Positions 48,907 through 59,738 of a stretch of 64,000 nt of DNA are shown here, piece by piece (positions within the stretch are counted from its first letter, which is position 1; every line of letters starts with the position of its first letter). The notes beneath the pieces were generated by a model. It saw nothing but the letters and a program-made list of their open reading frames with translations. It was not told where the DNA came from and made no database searches. A program made the position numbers and the translations under genes. Source of the DNA: Felis catus (lineage: Eukaryota); NCBI RefSeq assembly GCF_018350175.1, contig NC_058368.1:238392001-238456000 (forward strand), written 5' to 3'.

Positions 48907-51257
48907 GTGAGTGCTGTCCCTTCCACGCCCCAGGTGCAGTCCCCCGCCGCCACCCTGGTGCCCCCGTCACTGCCCGAGGATGGCCCGGGGCTGCCCCTCA
49001 GCTGCCGCTTCCTCCTGAGCCCTGGGAGCAAACTAGCCAGTAGCCATAGGAAAACGGTCTCTGCAGAAGCGAGCGAGGGCCTGTTGAGTGTGCACACGGG
49101 CGAGGGGCGTGCGTGGCCACTCTTTTCGCACCTCCGGTGGCCGTGGGGTCACGGTCCTGCCTCTGCTTCGTTGCTTAACTTGGTGAATTCAGATGCGTGG
49201 GTAGGAACCAGTCAGCCCGGTGCCGGGTCTGCGCCCGAGGGTGAGGGGCCGCACCGCCTGGGGGCCCACGGGGCTGTCCTGTGTGTCAGCTCTCTGTTCA
49301 CCCGCTGCAGTAGCCGTCAGCCCTCTTCCTCCCTCTTCCTGAGTCTAATCCTGGAAGATAAAGTGCTTCCACAATGAGCATGCGTGCCCTCGGGGAGTTT
49401 CTCGCTTTTGTTTCCATATCCTTCCAGGCGGTTGTGGACGGGGGAGACATCAGCCTGCACCCTCCTCACCCCCTCCCCCCGTGTCCCGTCTCCTCTCTCC
49501 TCCTCTCTTCTACTCCCCGGCAGCAGGGGCTGCCTCTGTGTGGCCACTGAGGTCCCGGGAGGGGTTCTCAGAGCTCAGGGGCTCCGCGGGGTCCCCGGCG
49601 GGAGGTCCTGCGTGGCCTTGGAGGCGTTTTCACAGGCACTTTTGCTGAGCTGGTGTGGCCTGGGTGTGAAGTCAACCCTGTCCCCTCACTGTATACAGAT
49701 CGCACCCCTGTGGCAACATACTCTGTGGGACTGTATAAAGCAGAATCCTAACCTGAACACAGGTAAATTTGAACTCCGCGTGTCCACATGCCCCTCAGAA
49801 AGCTAGGCTGGGGACAGAGCCCAGCAGATGGCTCCGGTCCCCCTGGGTGCCCAGCCACTGGCAGCCCGTGTCCCTCCCGCTCTCAGAATCCCGGACACAC
49901 AGGCAGCAGCTGGCCACCAGGATACATGTGACTCAAGGCAGGGCGTTCGGTGACACCTTGCTTCAGCCTCTCGGTAAATAATCCCTACAGAATCGAAGGC
50001 TTGACGGGTGTGAATTCTTTTTTATTCCCGTTCAAATAAATTAGCCATTAATGTTGATGAGTATCTCACAAACTCTGCCTGTTAACGGAGGACAAGCATC
50101 ATACGTTGAGTGGAAAAGGGCAGAGAACCCAGAAACAGGGATGTGGGGTGTCCCCTTCCTGGTTCCGGACCCACCTGGAAACAGCCCGGGTCCCTGAGGG
50201 ACAGTCTAAGACGCTCCGGGTACATTCCGGCTCCTGTCCCCACACGGGGATCCTAGTAGCTGTGGGAGAGCCGCTTCAGAACCCGCTTCCTTACCCACGA
50301 TCTCTCGTGGGACCGTCTTGCCACGAGGGGCTGTGGGAACGGTGGGAGGTCCTCTCGGTCATTAGGGGAGGGGCCCAGGGTCCAACACTTGGTGAGTTTT
50401 CTACCATTGAGGTTTCCTTTAATGGGAGACGTACATTTTTCAGAAGCCTGATGCAATGCTTTAGGATGGCTGAGCCCCGCCTCTGACCTCAGGGCACCGT
50501 CAGTCTGATGAGAGCGGCCCCTTGCCACTGTTAGACCAGCGGGACTTCCGGGTGAGACCCCCCCTCGCGGGGCGGTGTCCTCTTGGAGGCACCCGCCGGC
50601 TGCCTGGCAGGGGGACCGTGGTAATACTGTGCTAGCCGCGAAGCCTGGGGCCCCAGGGTCCAAGTAACCGAAGTTTGGGGTTTGCTGATAAGCTTTTCTG
50701 TTTAGTGCCCCGTGTGGACTTGACACGTTAACTTTCTGTGCACGTCGGCGTGCTGAGCATCCGCCACCCCGTGGCTCCGGTTACGGGCTCGTACGTGGCG
50801 GGTGCCTGCGTGGGCTTGCGTGAGAACGCCGGTGCAGGCTCTGGGGCGAGGGCTGCAGCCAGGGCTGATGCTCCGGAACCACGCCGCCCCTGCTCAGACC
50901 CCCTCATCCTCCCCTCCTTCCTCCAGGTGGGGTCCGTCTGTCCTGCTGGGGCCCCACCAGACACCCCCATCTTGGGGGGATGCAGGAGTGGACGGGAGGG
51001 GGCACTCGGGAAACCACAAGGGTCCTGGCCCAGAGGGCGTTTTCAGTGGGTTCCTCCCACCCGGCCTTCCCCGGCTTCACCTGCCTAAAGGCTGCCGGGT
51101 GCCGGAATCGCAAGGGACAGCTGTGCTGTGCCCGCAGGATCCAAAGGGACAGAGCGCTGGGCCGGGTGACGAGCCCCTGAGAGGCGGGCTTGAGAACTGC
51201 TCATCTGCTTACTAGAAATTTTCACATATTCGTGTGCTTTAGTCCAGTTTTTACAAG

Positions 51258-51461
51258 TTTTTTTTCTTGTTTATTTGTGAGAGAGAGAGAGAGAGTGTGA
51301 GCAGGGGAGGGGCACAGAGAGAGGGAGACACAGAATCCCAAGCAGGCTCCAGGCTCCAAGCCGTCAGCCCAGAGCCCGACACGGGGCTCGAACCCACCGA
51401 CTGTGAGATCGTGACCTGAGCTGAAGTCGGACGCTCCATCGACTGAGCCACCAGACGCCCC
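51258..51461 (-). mobile_element. CAN-SINE in intron 9
   Basis: PolyT, (GA)n, cagaatcccaagcaggctccagg...gactgagccaccagacgcccc. Confidence 0.93.
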
Positions 51462-52693
51462 ACTTTTTAAGACTTATCGATGTGGGCGTACTTCCGATGC
51501 GGACGGTTCATCCTGCTTCTGGGAGTTCTTTGTCAGCCCCCAGCGCCACAGGTGCGCCGTGGCTTTCCGGTGCGAATCTCTTCTCCAGCTGCCGTCGCGT
51601 GGTCGTCCAGTGGGTGTCCCTTCTTGGGAAACGTGTTCTGTCCTTGACGGGCACACCCACCCCGACACCACGTGTATTCATAGCAGTTTCTTCCTGTTGT
51701 CGAACTGAAACAGGTTTTCACGGGGCCACAAGAGTACCACAGAAACGTGGCTGGCACATAAACCTCTTAGACCCAGAGGCAGGGATCGCCGTCCGCAAGC
51801 GTAGGTCTTCGCGCACCAGCCACCGTGCGCCTCACGTGGGACGTGTGGGGCGGCAGGTGCTGCTGCTGTGTGGACGAGGCAGGAGCCACAGGGGAGGGGC
51901 CTGTGAGGTGGGGCCGCTGCGACTTTAGCACTGGTGGGGTTTTGGAGGGGTGGGGGGTCCGTTGCCGACGGCCAGGAAAGAAGTCTTGAGACCTTCGGTG
52001 CCAGAGGGGGATTTCGCCGAAGCGCGGGGACAGGGCCGTGGGCAGGAGGAGCGTGCTGGGGCGGTTCTGCATCTGGAGGTTCGGTCTGTAAAGGACCCGG
52101 GAAGGCTGGCAGGAGGGCTCTCACGTGCCCGGGAGGATCCCAGGAGAGGAGGCCTTGCCGTTGGGAAGCTAAGGCTGTTTTCCCCCTGGGGAGGCCTTAC
52201 CCCTGGGACAGTAGGGGGTTCTGGGCAGGTGTTCTCCTCTGGACCTGCCGCAGGCCTCTGTCCGTGGGCCGCAGGTCACGAGGAAGTTTGACGTTACCTG
52301 CCACTTCTCCTGGCCTTTGTCCCCACAGCGCTGTGGGGGGTGATGTGGGGGCTGCGGGGAACGGAGCCTACAGGCTTCTGGAGATGGGGCTGTTGACAAG
52401 GTCGCCTTTTCTTGTAATTTACTAAGATGTTTGCACACCGACTGAGACTCACGTCCCGCAGGACCGTGAACTCTATCGGGTAACCGTGTGCTTTTTCCTT
52501 CTCTCAGCTTTAGGGCAGCCGGGAGTGCATGAGGAATGTCACCCGTGTCCCACGGGGGGAGGGGAGGGGTGCCAGCTTCGCCCTCAGCCCGCCCCACGCC
52601 CTCCCCAGCGCCGGGCTCCCGGGGTCGCCCTGCACGGGCTCCTTGCTGTGCCGCTTGGGGGGGGGGCTGACGGGGTGCCCTCCTCTCCCGCAG

Positions 52694-52819
52694 GGCCCTG
52701 GGCGTCTCGGTGACCGACTACACGTATGACGATTGCCAGCTGGCCCTGGCGGAAGGCCAGCTCCGTCTCCCCGCGGACACCTGCCTTCTCGAGTTCGCCC
52801 GGCTGGTGAGGGGCCTGGG
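52694..52819 (+). CDS. LPCAT1: LPCAT1 exon 10 (ALGVSVTDYTYDDCQLALAEGQLRLPADTCLLEFARLVRGLG)
   Basis: ctcccgcag|G GCC CTG...CTG GG|gtgagt, 126 nt. Confidence 0.97.
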
Positions 52820-53427
52820 GTGAGTCTTGCTTCTTCTCACTCGAGCCGGCAGCCCGGAACGGCCCTCCCTCGAGGCTGCGGCGGGTTTGACGGAGCTCGA
52901 GTGGTCTGCTCGGCGACGGGGAGAGCTCTGAAGGGCACTGCCGAGACGCCGCTTCTCAGACAGGAAGCTTCCGGAAACTTCTGTCAGGCCCTCGCAGGGG
53001 CCCCCACCCCTGCAGTTGTTGGTGGTCAGGCTACCTGCTCACTCACCCGATGGCAGTGGGCGCGGAGGGTCCGCGGGGGCCGTCGAGCAGATAGAAGGCC
53101 TTGTGCTCAGGGTTTCGGGGGGTTTCCGAACACCCACTGCAGACCCCCAGTGCTCGGCAGCGGTCTCCGTGGGCTCCACCCGGAGGACCGTCACAGCGCG
53201 GCCGGCGGCCGCCCCCACTTGCCCGAGGGTGAGTCCCCACAGCTGGCGGGGCCTCGTTCCTGTAGACGCTGAGGCAAAATTATTAGAACACTTTTTTTTT
53301 TTAAATGAACTTGCCTCTTGTTGTAAAAGCAACTTCACTCTTGTCTTGAATTTTCTAACAGTACATTTCCTGCTCTGAGCATGCTGTAAGTTTACCGAAA
53401 AATGTCCTTCCTTCTCTTTTTGTGTAG

Positions 53428-53581
53428 GTTGAAACCAGAAACACTGGAGAAAGATCTGGATAAATACTCCGACCGGGCCCAGACGCAGGGGGGACGCAGG
53501 GTGGGCCTCCCCGAGTTCGCCGAGTACCTGGGCGTCCCCGTCTCAGACACACTACGAGACCTGTTCTCCCTGTTTGATGAG
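53428..53581 (+). CDS. LPCAT1: LPCAT1 exon 11 (LKPETLEKDLDKYS...DLFSLFDE)
   Basis: tttgtgtag|G TTG AAA...GAT GAG|gtgggg, 154 nt. Confidence 0.97.
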
Positions 53582-55270
53582 GTGGGGCCATAGCCCTGTG
53601 AGCGGTTTCGAGGCAAAACCTCCAGCTTTTCCGTGTACATTGTTTTGTTACGATAGAAGCATCTCTTGGAGACTTAGGAAGCAGGGCGGGAACGACCCCT
53701 CCGCGCCCGTCCGACCAGCCCGCCCAGAGTTTTCTCCCGTGCTGTTAAGCGCACACAGAAGTCGGACGTTTAAGTTAATGTCTGCTGATAAACGTACCTG
53801 TGGTTTGGGGTTTTACGGTGGGACCGCCAAAAACCTAGTAATATCAGTGTCCCCTTCCCCAGAAATCCAGAATTCCCAAATAACGGGCCTGTTTCCCGAT
53901 GATCGGCACTTGGGGTCGCCACGGACCTCCCGTCCAGCGCGAGAGGACCCCCCAGCACAGCGTCCCTCACCCCCGCCAGCCATGCGTCACAGTCGGGTCA
54001 CGTGTCGTGGCTGGACCGGGGGTCCGCGGCCACCCGCACCAGCTGGGCCCCGGGAGTAGAGCTGGGAGACCACACGCCGGGAGCGGTGGCTGCCACGGTC
54101 GGCCGTGCCTGCCACGCCCGCTCTTTCCCGGATGTTGGCGCCGAGGGATGGACCCCCGTGGCGGCCAGTCCCACGGCAGGCCATGTGCCGAGCAGCCCCT
54201 TCAGCCACAAATGCGTGTGAACAGCACGGCACGTTCCACGTGAATATCACAGCGTGTCCTCTGTGGCGACGTGCCACGTTCCGTGCGGCCTGGCCCGTGG
54301 CGGGACCGAGGAGAGGCAAGCGTGTGACTCGGGCACGTCAGAGACGCCACAGGCACTCACAGGTCACGGTGAACGGGCGTCCTGCCGACGCGTCGCAGTG
54401 CGTGGCCCCGTGTGCCGCCGTCACAAACCGGCGGGCTGGCCTGGAGGGTGCCCCTCGCGGAAAGGCCGCTCGCAGCTGCGTCCTGGCCGCGCGCGCTCCC
54501 GTCATCGGAGCCCCAGCCGTGGTGCTGCTTTCACGCTGGCGCTTTGCCACGGTGTCGCGTTGGAACACAGCAGCGGGCGGCGTCCCCGGCACGTGCATCG
54601 GGTGGGGACCCGCAGACCCCCCGCCGCGGCACGCGGCTGTTAGGTCTTACTTCCCACCCTGGGCGCCCAGTGGCCCTGCGACGCAGACACTCCCCGTTCC
54701 ACACAAAGACCCTCAGACCCAGAAGCTAAAGGGCCGGGAACACAGAGGCTGAGGGGCCCGAAGTGAACTCACCTGCCCGGCCCCTGAGCTCGCTCCGGAG
54801 GCCACCCCGCCTGGACCACGGGCGTGGTGCCATCCCAGGGAAGCCTGTCCCTTCCCTTCGGGGGACGGCAAGGGACCCTTGTGCCCCCACCCCTGTGCCA
54901 GAAATCTCCCCGCCCGCGAGGCCTCCACCTCCCCGTCCCGGCTCATCCCACGCCCCGTGGCGGCCTGCTCACTCAACAGCAGCCCGGCCCGCAGGCTCCC
55001 TAGGGACGTGCAACATGGGCGCACGGCAGGCCAGGCTGGGTGCCCACCTTTCCACGTGCTCACCTAGGTTCTCGGGCACAGATGAGAGCCTTGCTGTCTG
55101 CTGGGGTTTTCTAGGAGAGCCTTAGGCAGCGGGCACCGCATTGCGTGAACTTTCACGTGCTCCTCTCATAGACTTTGAGAATCAGTTGTAATGTCCTAAA
55201 AGGGTGTGTGCTGAGATCACCTTGTAAAGGCCAGTCGGCCGTGAATGTTCTTACAAAATACTCATTTCGT

Positions 55271-55424
55271 GGGGCGCCTGCGTGGCTCATTTGGCTAAGC
55301 GTCCAACTTCAGCTCACGGTCCGTGGGTTCGAGCCCCGCGTCAGGCTCTGTGCTGACAGCTCGGAGCCTGGACCCTGCGTTGGATTCTGTGTCTCCCTCT
55401 CTGCCCCTCACCTGCTCACGGTCC

Positions 55425-55466
<42 letters not shown>

Positions 55467-55493
55467 AAAACATAAACACACAAAAAAATTTTT
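55271..55493 (+). mobile_element. CAN-SINE in intron 11 with TSD
   Basis: ggggcgcctgcgtggctca head, (CT)n, aataaa; TSD aatactcatttcgt / aatacgcatttcat. Confidence 0.92.
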
Positions 55494-55537
55494 AATACGC
55501 ATTTCATGTAAGCAGGTAATAGCAAATCAAGTGGAAC

Positions 55538-55741
55538 TTTTTTTTTTTTTAAGTTCATCTTGAGAGAGAGAGAGAGAGAGAGAGAGCGGGTGCACACACG
55601 GGAGGGCCCGGGAGAGAGTGAGAGAGAGAATCCCAAGCGGGCTCTGTGCCGACTCAGGGCTCCATCTCAGGAACTGTGAGGCGTGACCTGAGCTGAAGTC
55701 AGGAGTCGAACACTTAACTCACTGAGCCACCCGGATGCCCC
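55538..55741 (-). mobile_element. CAN-SINE (divergent subfamily) in intron 11
   Basis: PolyT, (GA)n, gagaatcccaagcgggctctg...actgagccacccggatgcccc. Confidence 0.9.
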
Positions 55742-55847
55742 TAACCTTCCCGTTAATATCCAGGGATTAGCGTTAACACCCCAGCACCGCCCCACACTCG
55801 CACGCGGAGGGACCGAGCTGTGCCCTGAGGATGTGTCTCTTTCCCAG

Positions 55848-55946
55848 AGTGGAGACGGCACGATGGATCCTCGGGAGTATGTCGTCGCCCTGTCCGTCGT
55901 CTGCCGGCCGTCCCGGACTCTGGACACCATCCAACTGGCATTCAGG
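55848..55946 (+). CDS. LPCAT1: LPCAT1 exon 12 (SGDGTMDPREYVVALSVVCRPSRTLDTIQLAFR; EF-hand)
   Basis: ctttcccag|AGT GGA...TTC AGG|gtaagt, 99 nt, phase 0/0. Confidence 0.97.
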
Positions 55947-56514
55947 GTAAGTGTGGAGTGCGTATGAGGTTAGTTTGTAGGGACGGCGAGACGCAGATCA
56001 CATCAGGCCTGCCGCACCCGTTTACGAGCCCTTGCGGTACGGACGGGCTTCCTCTGTGCCCAGCTGCCGTTCTCACGTAAGCTCGTGTCAGCCGTCGTTT
56101 GTGAAAACGCCCAAAAGGTCCTCAATCCATTTCCTCCTGCAGTTCGTGGTCCACACTCACAAGAAGGGCATGGGGTAGGATCTTTGTGAGTTCCGGGGCG
56201 CCTGGACAGGGCTGCCCTACGCCATCCATCCGGCGCAGCCCGCACCCGGTCTGCTCTCCCACCGTGGCCTCTTCGTCAGCGCGTCGGCTCAGGCTGCAGA
56301 GTGGCTGTGTGGCCAGCGCCGAGCCTTCCACCACATCCCCGGGATTCTGAGAGTCTGAGAAACACCCATAACGGGGTCCCGGCTCACGTGCCCTCACCCG
56401 GCCGCCTCCCCAGGACACTGTCAGCTGGGATGGGGCTGGGCCGGCTTCACTCCCCAGAAACACAGTTTTGTCAGGGTCTGAGAACGGCTCCTTGTTACAG
56501 ATGCGCCTCCTATT

Positions 56515-56720
56515 TTAATTTTTTTTGAAGGTTTTTGTTTTTGAGACAGAGAGCATGAGCAGGGGAGGGGCAGAGAGAGAGGGAGACACAGAACCCGAAG
56601 CAGGCTCCAGGCTCTGAGCTGTCAGCACAGAGCCCAGTGCGGGGCTCAAACTCACAGACTGTGAGATCATGACCTGAGCCGAAGTTGGACGCTCGACCGA
56701 CTGAGCCACCCAGATGCCCC
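56515..56720 (-). mobile_element. CAN-SINE in intron 12 with 17-bp TSD
   Basis: TSD cagatgcgcctcctatt (56498-56514) / cagatgcaactcctatt (56721-56737); typical SINEC body. Confidence 0.95.
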
Positions 56721-57189
56721 CAGATGCAACTCCTATTAGCCAGACTCGTGAGAGCCTGATGTATAAGCCAGGCAGTGCTTGTATCTCAGTGCTGGGGTCC
56801 CACTGGACAGGCAGGCTTCTCAGGCCACTGAAGGAGGGGGAGCCTGGGAGAGGGCGGCCCCCGGCTAACGGGCAGACCGACGGTGACCAGCCCTGGGGTG
56901 CTCACGCTGCGGTTGACAGCTGGTGCCAGCCCCACAGGCACTCTCGGTCACTCGCCAGAACCTAAGCAGAAGCTGTTGGAAAAGGTCAGTGGGTCAGCCA
57001 CCCCCTCGAGGTCAAGCACGGTGGTGGCACATCCATTTCATTGAGCACCCACACGTCCCACCACCCGGAGGCCCCCTGCTAGGGCAGCTGGGTGTGGCGC
57101 AGACCTCCATGCTCCTGGGGGTAGGAGCCGTGGGGTCAGGGCCTCTGCACAGTTGGGGGATCGTGGGTGACACCTGCCTCTGCCTCCAG

Positions 57190-57328
57190 ATGTACGGGTC
57201 ACAGGACGGCTGCGTCGATGAAGGCGCCCTGTCCAGCATCCTCAAGACCGCCTTAGGCGTGGCCGAGCTCACCGTGACCGACCTCTTCCGGGCCATCGAC
57301 GAGGAGGAGACGGGGAGGATCACGTTTG
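57190..57328 (+). CDS. LPCAT1: LPCAT1 exon 13 (MYGSQDGCVDEGALSSILKTALG...IDEEETGRITF)
   Basis: tgcctccag|ATG TAC...TTT G|gtgagc, 139 nt. Confidence 0.97.
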
Positions 57329-57981
57329 GTGAGCAGCCCGGGCGCAGGGGGAGGACGGCTGCATTGTGCAGGCGTGTGCCCAGGAGGCGGGCTGTGGGAG
57401 ACACCATCCATGCTCGCCAGGGCCCCGCGGTGTCTCGGGCTACACAAGATTGTCCGAAGGAAGATTCTTCCCCAGACCTGGCGGGGATGGGTTAGGCCAC
57501 TTGGGATCTGATCCCTGCGGGGAATTAATAGGGCCAGACTTCAAGCCCAGGTTCGGAACCCCAGATCCATGCCACCCCCGAGGGCAGCGGGCGGTGTGTG
57601 CTGAGGCCGGGCCGTGGCCGCCCACGGGGGTCCGCGATCCGGCTTCTCCGTGGAGGCGGGGAGCCAGCCCCATCAGGACCGACCGCTGCAGGGAGGGGGT
57701 GGGGGGTTGGCTCATCGCTTTCGACCACGCAAAGTGGGACAGCCAAGATCTTCGGGGACTCAGACCTGAAACCCACCTGCAGGCCAAGGAGGAAGGGGGA
57801 GGGGCAGTAGGACCCCCAGGAGGCAGCCCCCTGTGCACACCAGCCAGTGCGCACGTCTGGAAGTGAATGTTTCCTCGCTAAAAAAAACAGTAGACATTTG
57901 CTCAGGAAAGGTCATTGTTCGTGTCTTGTTTGGATGTGTTTTTAAATTGCGTCCAAATGTCAGACACGTGTGTTGGTTTAG

Positions 57982-57985
57982 CGTG

Positions 57986-58028
<43 letters not shown>
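57982..58028. repeat. (GT)n microsatellite
   Basis: Seen directly. Confidence 0.95.
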
Positions 58029-58029
<1 letters not shown>

Positions 58030-58472
58030 CATCTCCACCTCAGGGCAGGTGGTGTTGTCAGGGCGCACTGAGGCGTGGTGATGACGTGCCAAGTGAGCAC
58101 CTTCCAGAAAAGCCCTCCCACACCCAGGCCTAGAGCGACTCCAAGCCGTTGGGGCGCCCCGGGGCACTCCCCACCCCAAGACTGGGTCCCAGGCCTGGTA
58201 GACGACGCGGGGGCTCAGAGCCACTCAGGTGATTGGCCGGGAGGGCAACCCTGGTGTCTCCAGCGCGTAGACGGGTCACCAGTGGCGGCTGCCTCGCAGG
58301 TTATCAGGTCACGGTGTGGACGCTTTGTCCTGCCTCTGAGCCGACTCCTGGGTGAACAGCGGCTCCTTTGCACGTGCCAAGCACCCGGAGTACGCCTGCG
58401 CCTCGAAGAGCACGTTCGCCTTAGATTTCCCCAGGGCGGCAAAGCCGAATGGCTCTGAGCCCCGTTCATGCG

Positions 58473-59450
58473 CAGCCCCCCTCCCCCCCATGGACCCCAG
58501 CCCTCCCCCTCCCCCCACATGGACCCCCTCAGCCCTCCCCCTCCCCCCCCCACATGGACCCCAGCCCTCCCCCTCCCCCCCACATGGACCCCAGCCCTCC
58601 CCCCTCCCCCCACACGGACCCAGCCCTCCCCCCTCCCCCCACACGGACCCAGCCCTCCCCCCCCCCCCACACGGACCCAGCCCTCCCCCTCCCCCCCCAC
58701 GGACCCAGCCCTCCCCCTCCCCCCCCACATGGACCCAGCCCTCCCCCTCCCCCCCCCACATGGACCCCCAGCCCTCCCCCTCCCCCCCCACATGGACCCC
58801 ACCCCTCCCCCCCACATGGGCCCCACTCCTCCCCCCTCCCCCCACATGGACCCAGCCCTCCCCCCTCCCCCCACATGGACCCAGCCCTCCCCCCTCCCCC
58901 CACATGGACCCAGCCCTCCCCCCCACGGACCCAGCCCTCCCCCTCCCCCCCCACATGGACCCAGCCCTCCCCCTCCCCCCCCACATGGACCCCCCAGCCC
59001 TCCCCCTCCCCCCCCACATGGACCCCACCCCTCCCCCCACATGGCCCCACTCCTCCCCCCTCCCCCCACATGGACCCAGCCCTCCCCCCCCACATGGACC
59101 CAGCCCTCCCCCTCCCCCCCCACATGGACCCCCAGCCCTCCCCCTCCCCCCCCACATGGACCCCACCCCTCCCCCCACATGGGCCCCACTCCTCCCCCCT
59201 CCCCCCACATGGATCCAGCCCTCCCCACACACATGGACCCAGCCCTCCCCCTCCCCCCCACATGGACCCAGCCCTCCCCCTCCCCCCCCCACATGGACCC
59301 AGCCCTCCCCCTCCCCCCCCCACATGGACCCCCAGCCCTCCCCCTCCCCCCCCCACATGGACCCCACCCCTCCCCCCACATGGGCCCCACTCCTCCCCCC
59401 TCCCCCCACATGGATCCAGCCCTCCCCACACACATGGACCCAGCCCTCCC
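58473..59450. repeat. About 29-bp C-rich minisatellite in intron 13
   Basis: Unit ccccccacatggacccagccctccccct. Confidence 0.97.
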
Positions 59451-59553
59451 GGGAGGGTGTGAGATGGAAGCTGGTTGCCCATGCAGAACCAGGCATGGGG
59501 GCCCCAGGTTCCAGACGTCTGTCCCCCTGTAACCCAGGCGCCCGTCTTTTCAG

Positions 59554-59738
59554 CCGACTTCCGCAGGTTTGCAGAAGCGTTCCCCGACTTTGCAGAGGAC
59601 TACCTCTACCCTGACCAGACGCGTCCTGAGAGCTGCCCGCAGACGCCCCCAGCTCCAGCCCCCAACGGCTTCTGCGCTGACTTCAGCCCTGAAAACTCGG
59701 GCGTTGGGAGGAAACCTTTCCGGAAGAAACTGGACTAG
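59554..59738 (+). CDS. LPCAT1: LPCAT1 exon 14 coding part (ADFRRFAE...PNGFCADFSPENSGVGRKPFRKKLD*)
   Basis: gtcttttcag|CC GAC TTC; TAG at 59736-59738; C-terminal KKxx motif. Confidence 0.97.

Noticed and set aside
59531..59553. Alternative acceptor (aacccag at 59537) upstream of exon 14
   Set aside because: Would add 16 nt and shift the frame; the downstream tcttttcag has the better pyrimidine tract and restores the conserved C-terminus
58215..59614. Several 300-420 aa Pro- or Gly-rich ORFs resembling extensin/collagen
   Set aside because: Translations of the C-rich VNTR, open in nearly all frames
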